DNA of 27,072 bases from a virus (taxonomy: Duplodnaviria; Caudoviricetes), in IMG/VR virus record IMGVR_UViG_3300001869_000021, positions 1 to 27,072 of that record; one strand, written 5' to 3'. Positions 24,784-27,072 of this stretch are shown here, piece by piece. Within the stretch, counting starts at the first letter, position 1. The number at the start of each line of letters is the position of its first letter. The notes beneath the pieces were generated by a model. It was not told the origin of the DNA, ran no database searches, and saw nothing but the letters and a program-made list of their open reading frames with translations. Both the position numbers and the translations under genes were made by a program.

Positions 24784-24966
24784 CTACTTAGATTTGGTTT
24801 TCTTTATTGCTATTGGTTCCTTTGCCGCTGTTTTTACCTCAACAATAAAGCCCCGTTCCAATAGTCCTTTTACTCTGCCTGTATCTGCCGAAACAAACTC
24901 GCCCCCAACACTATAAAAATGCTGAGGGTCAAGAATGTCTTTGAATTTGGTTTTTACTTTATACAT
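24784..24966 (-). CDS. Small capsid-adjacent hypothetical protein
   Basis: MYKVKTKFKD...YSVGGEF...RVKGLLERGFI; position after the capsid gene. Confidence 0.65.
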   Translation of the reverse strand: MYKVKTKFKDILDPQHFYSVGGEFVSADTGRVKGLLERGFIVEVKTAAKEPIAIKKTKSK

Positions 24967-24970
24967 AAGT

Positions 24971-26242
24971 TTAAACTATAGGAGTGTAAGACAAGCTGAC
25001 AAGTACAAACGCACTTGTGCTAGTAGGCCTGCCGTCAAATCTGCCTTTTCCTCTAAACGCCATCTGATCTTCAACAAACTTCACATGTTCAGACTTATCA
25101 ATTACAATACTCTCACGCTCAACAAGTGTGTATTTGCTAAAGTCACCGTAAAGGATATCATCAGCAGCCATGTTGTTATTAAACACAACTCTCAACCCTA
25201 GAAGATCAGGGTATTTCAAGTTCGGAAGTTTAGTAACGGTTTCGCCTAACGAGGTAGGCAGTATGGTATAGCCTAACAATCTGTTATAGTACGTAGAGCG
25301 CTTCATGACTGCCACGATCTCACCGATGCTGTCTTCGCCTGTATCGATAAGCCCGATAGGTTTAACAATATCAATATAGCCAGTCGGGTCTAAAACTGGG
25401 ACTAAATAGTCATCTCCAAGCATAGGAATGATTCCGTCCGGCTGTTTGTTAGCCGAGCCTGTACCGCTTAGGATAGCAAGATCAAGCCCTTTGGCAATGG
25501 CTCTGCCGATTTTCTTAACGACATAATCGTCAAGATTAATTATGCTGTCTTGAAGCATGCAGTTGTCAACAAATGTAACTTTGCCGATTTTGTAACCGTC
25601 AAAACTGATGTCCGTGATTGTTCCAACTGTGCCTACAGGTATCGCGGCCGTCATTTCAACCCAAGTTGCGGCTGTGGTGTCTGTGTCGATTAAAATTCTG
25701 GTCGTGCCTGATACTCTGATCTTGTCAACAAGCGGGTAAACCGTTGCGTAATCGCCCAAAATATCCATGATGCGATTGATAATAACCTCTGGAATAGTTA
25801 AACCTTCGCCGCCAACTGCTCTAAGATTTTTAAACTTCTCATAGAACTCTTTTACTTCTGTCCTCTCATAGTACGCACCTGATTTTAAAAGCTCTCTTAC
25901 CTGATATTTGTTCACGTTAGTTCCTCCTCTTTTTTCTTCGTCAATTTTTGGTAGTACTGGGGTTTTTGCTCTTTCGTCAATCTCGGCAAGCTCACCCTCA
26001 ATGCGAGTGATTTCAGCCTGTACGCTTGTAACTTTTTCCTCTGCTCCGGCATCGGTTATTTCTTTTTCAAGGGTATCAATGCTGTCTTGTACTAACTTGA
26101 TGTCCTCATCGGTTTTGGCTTCCTCAAGTGAAGTCGAAAGGTCTGTTGAACGCTTTTCAAATCCTGTCTTTTGAGTTGTCAATGTAGCCAACTCTGCATT
26201 TCTTTGTTTTAGTTCTGCTTGCAATTTCAATTGCTTTAACAT
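24971..26242 (-). CDS. Major capsid protein (HK97 fold, with N-terminal coiled-coil delta domain)
   Basis: GLTIPE, ATWVEM, LQDS.INL, LSGTG..QPDGI, YGDFSKY, RFDG motifs. Confidence 0.92.
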   Translation of the reverse strand: MLKQLKLQAELKQRNAELATLTTQKTGFEKRSTDLSTSLEEAKTDEDIKLVQDSIDTLEKEITDAGAEEKVTSVQAEITRIEGELAEIDERAKTPVLPKIDEEKRGGTNVNKYQVRELLKSGAYYERTEVKEFYEKFKNLRAVGGEGLTIPEVIINRIMDILGDYATVYPLVDKIRVSGTTRILIDTDTTAATWVEMTAAIPVGTVGTITDISFDGYKIGKVTFVDNCMLQDSIINLDDYVVKKIGRAIAKGLDLAILSGTGSANKQPDGIIPMLGDDYLVPVLDPTGYIDIVKPIGLIDTGEDSIGEIVAVMKRSTYYNRLLGYTILPTSLGETVTKLPNLKYPDLLGLRVVFNNNMAADDILYGDFSKYTLVERESIVIDKSEHVKFVEDQMAFRGKGRFDGRPTSTSAFVLVSLSYTPIV

Positions 26243-26820
26243 TTTAGTTCCTCCAATCTTTTTTTAAGGTCTGATTTTTTTTGCTCAATGTTTCTCTTTT
26301 GCGATTGCTCGAAATCTTTTTGTCTTGCTTGTATTTCGGTTTGTTGATATGCCGGAAACGTGCAAATAGAAATTTCTTTTGTATCGGCTTCTCTTATTGT
26401 CCAGTGCCAACCGTCCACACGTTCCTCGTGTTCTTCTGAAACGGGGTCGAAGCCGAATGAGCAGCCACTTATGTCACCGCGGGTCACCCTTGCATACACA
26501 TCCATTGCTTGTCTATCATCTGCGTTTACTTTCACACGTCCCCATAAGCCGTGGTCGTCTGCTTTGAGTTCAAGCGTTTGGCTCGTACTTCTGCCTAAGA
26601 CAAAACCCGAATCATGATTGAACAAACAGCGGAGATCATTATTTTTTAATGAATTGTCAAATGCCCCTCTTGCGATTTTTTCGAAGCACCCATCCCATAG
26701 TTTGGTTTCCTGCTCAAATACCGCAAAGTAACCTTCAATGTAATGATCACCTTCGCCCTCTGCCCGAGTTTTTAATTCGGATTTAAAATAAGCGTGTCTT
26801 TTATTTAACAACTTTATCAC
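26236..26820 (-). CDS. HK97-family prohead protease
   Basis: IEGYFAVF, EKIARGAF, LFNHD, DDHGL, SGCSFGF and EISICTFPAY. Confidence 0.92.
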   Translation of the reverse strand: MIKLLNKRHAYFKSELKTRAEGEGDHYIEGYFAVFEQETKLWDGCFEKIARGAFDNSLKNNDLRCLFNHDSGFVLGRSTSQTLELKADDHGLWGRVKVNADDRQAMDVYARVTRGDISGCSFGFDPVSEEHEERVDGWHWTIREADTKEISICTFPAYQQTEIQARQKDFEQSQKRNIEQKKSDLKKRLEELKC

Positions 26821-27072
26821 CCCCTTGTACTAATTTCTTTTGCTTGCTCAAATCCGCAACTTGCAAGTAATTTTCAAGTACAGTAAAGTCGTTCATGCCG
26901 TCAACGTCCACAGGTGAGTAATCAAATTCAGCTCTGCCCTCGTTTCGGTTCAGCATGCCACCACCGACCATCTCTTTAACAAATCCAACTTTTTCAACCA
27001 AGTCATATTGCAACAATGATTTTGGATTAAACTTAAAATACATAGTCGGTGAAAACAGTAACTTCTTTGATA
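26801..27072 (-). CDS. Portal protein, 3' end (partial)
   Basis: YFKFN..SLL...GMLNRNEGR C-terminal portal motif, upstream of the protease. Runs off the window. Confidence 0.8.
   Translation of the reverse strand, partial: SKKLLFSPTMYFKFNPKSLLQYDLVEKVGFVKEMVGGGMLNRNEGRAEFDYSPVDVDGMNDFTVLENYLQVADLSKQKKLVQGGDKVVK

Larger units (their letters stand above)
1..27072. mobile_element. Temperate siphophage genome segment (HK97-type head, non-contractile tail), excised/attP configuration
   Basis: Continuous phage gene content: portal-protease-capsid-neck-tail-TMP-Dit-Tal-endolysin-holin, integrase, repressor/Cro, recombination genes. No host housekeeping genes are seen. Confidence 0.95.

Noticed and set aside
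811-26617. Numerous plus-strand ORFs antisense to replication and structural genes (e.g. 2729-3280, 16057-16347, 25908-26174)
   Set aside because: They are antisense shadows of long, well-supported genes and lack RBSs or recognisable motifs.
1-27072. Stop-codon reassignment
   Set aside because: Core genes are intact under the standard code, and TAA, TAG and TGA all end genes at sensible positions.

Overview
This window is part of a temperate HK97-type siphophage genome. Promoter/RBS style and gene families suggest a low-GC Bacillota (Clostridia-like) host. It spans four blocks. (1) The leftward early lytic/replication-recombination operon (1-7.7 kb): CHC2 zinc-finger primase domain, PD-(D/E)XK nuclease, SMC/Rad50-like ATPase, PAPS-reductase-family protein, Xis-like HTH and Cro. 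(2) The genetic switch and lysogeny module: repressor, ImmA-like protease and tyrosine integrase. (3) An attP-like junction carrying the 3' half of tRNA-Pro(GGG) and arm-type repeats, followed by cargo genes (membrane-anchored ComEC-like MBL hydrolase, orphan PemK/MazF-like toxin). (4) The lysis, tail and head modules. Lysis genes and integrase are joined across the att core, so this looks like the excised or virion form. The most unusual features are: two direct-repeat-bounded cassettes in the early operon, each pairing an antisense, independently promoted small gene with a convergent lytic-strand partner (in one cassette the two genes are paralogs); an orphan PemK followed by its own promoter-driven structured sRNA; and an exact 14-mer terminator tail repeated three times at the cargo cassette boundaries. 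All calls come from reading the sequence; no database searches were run.
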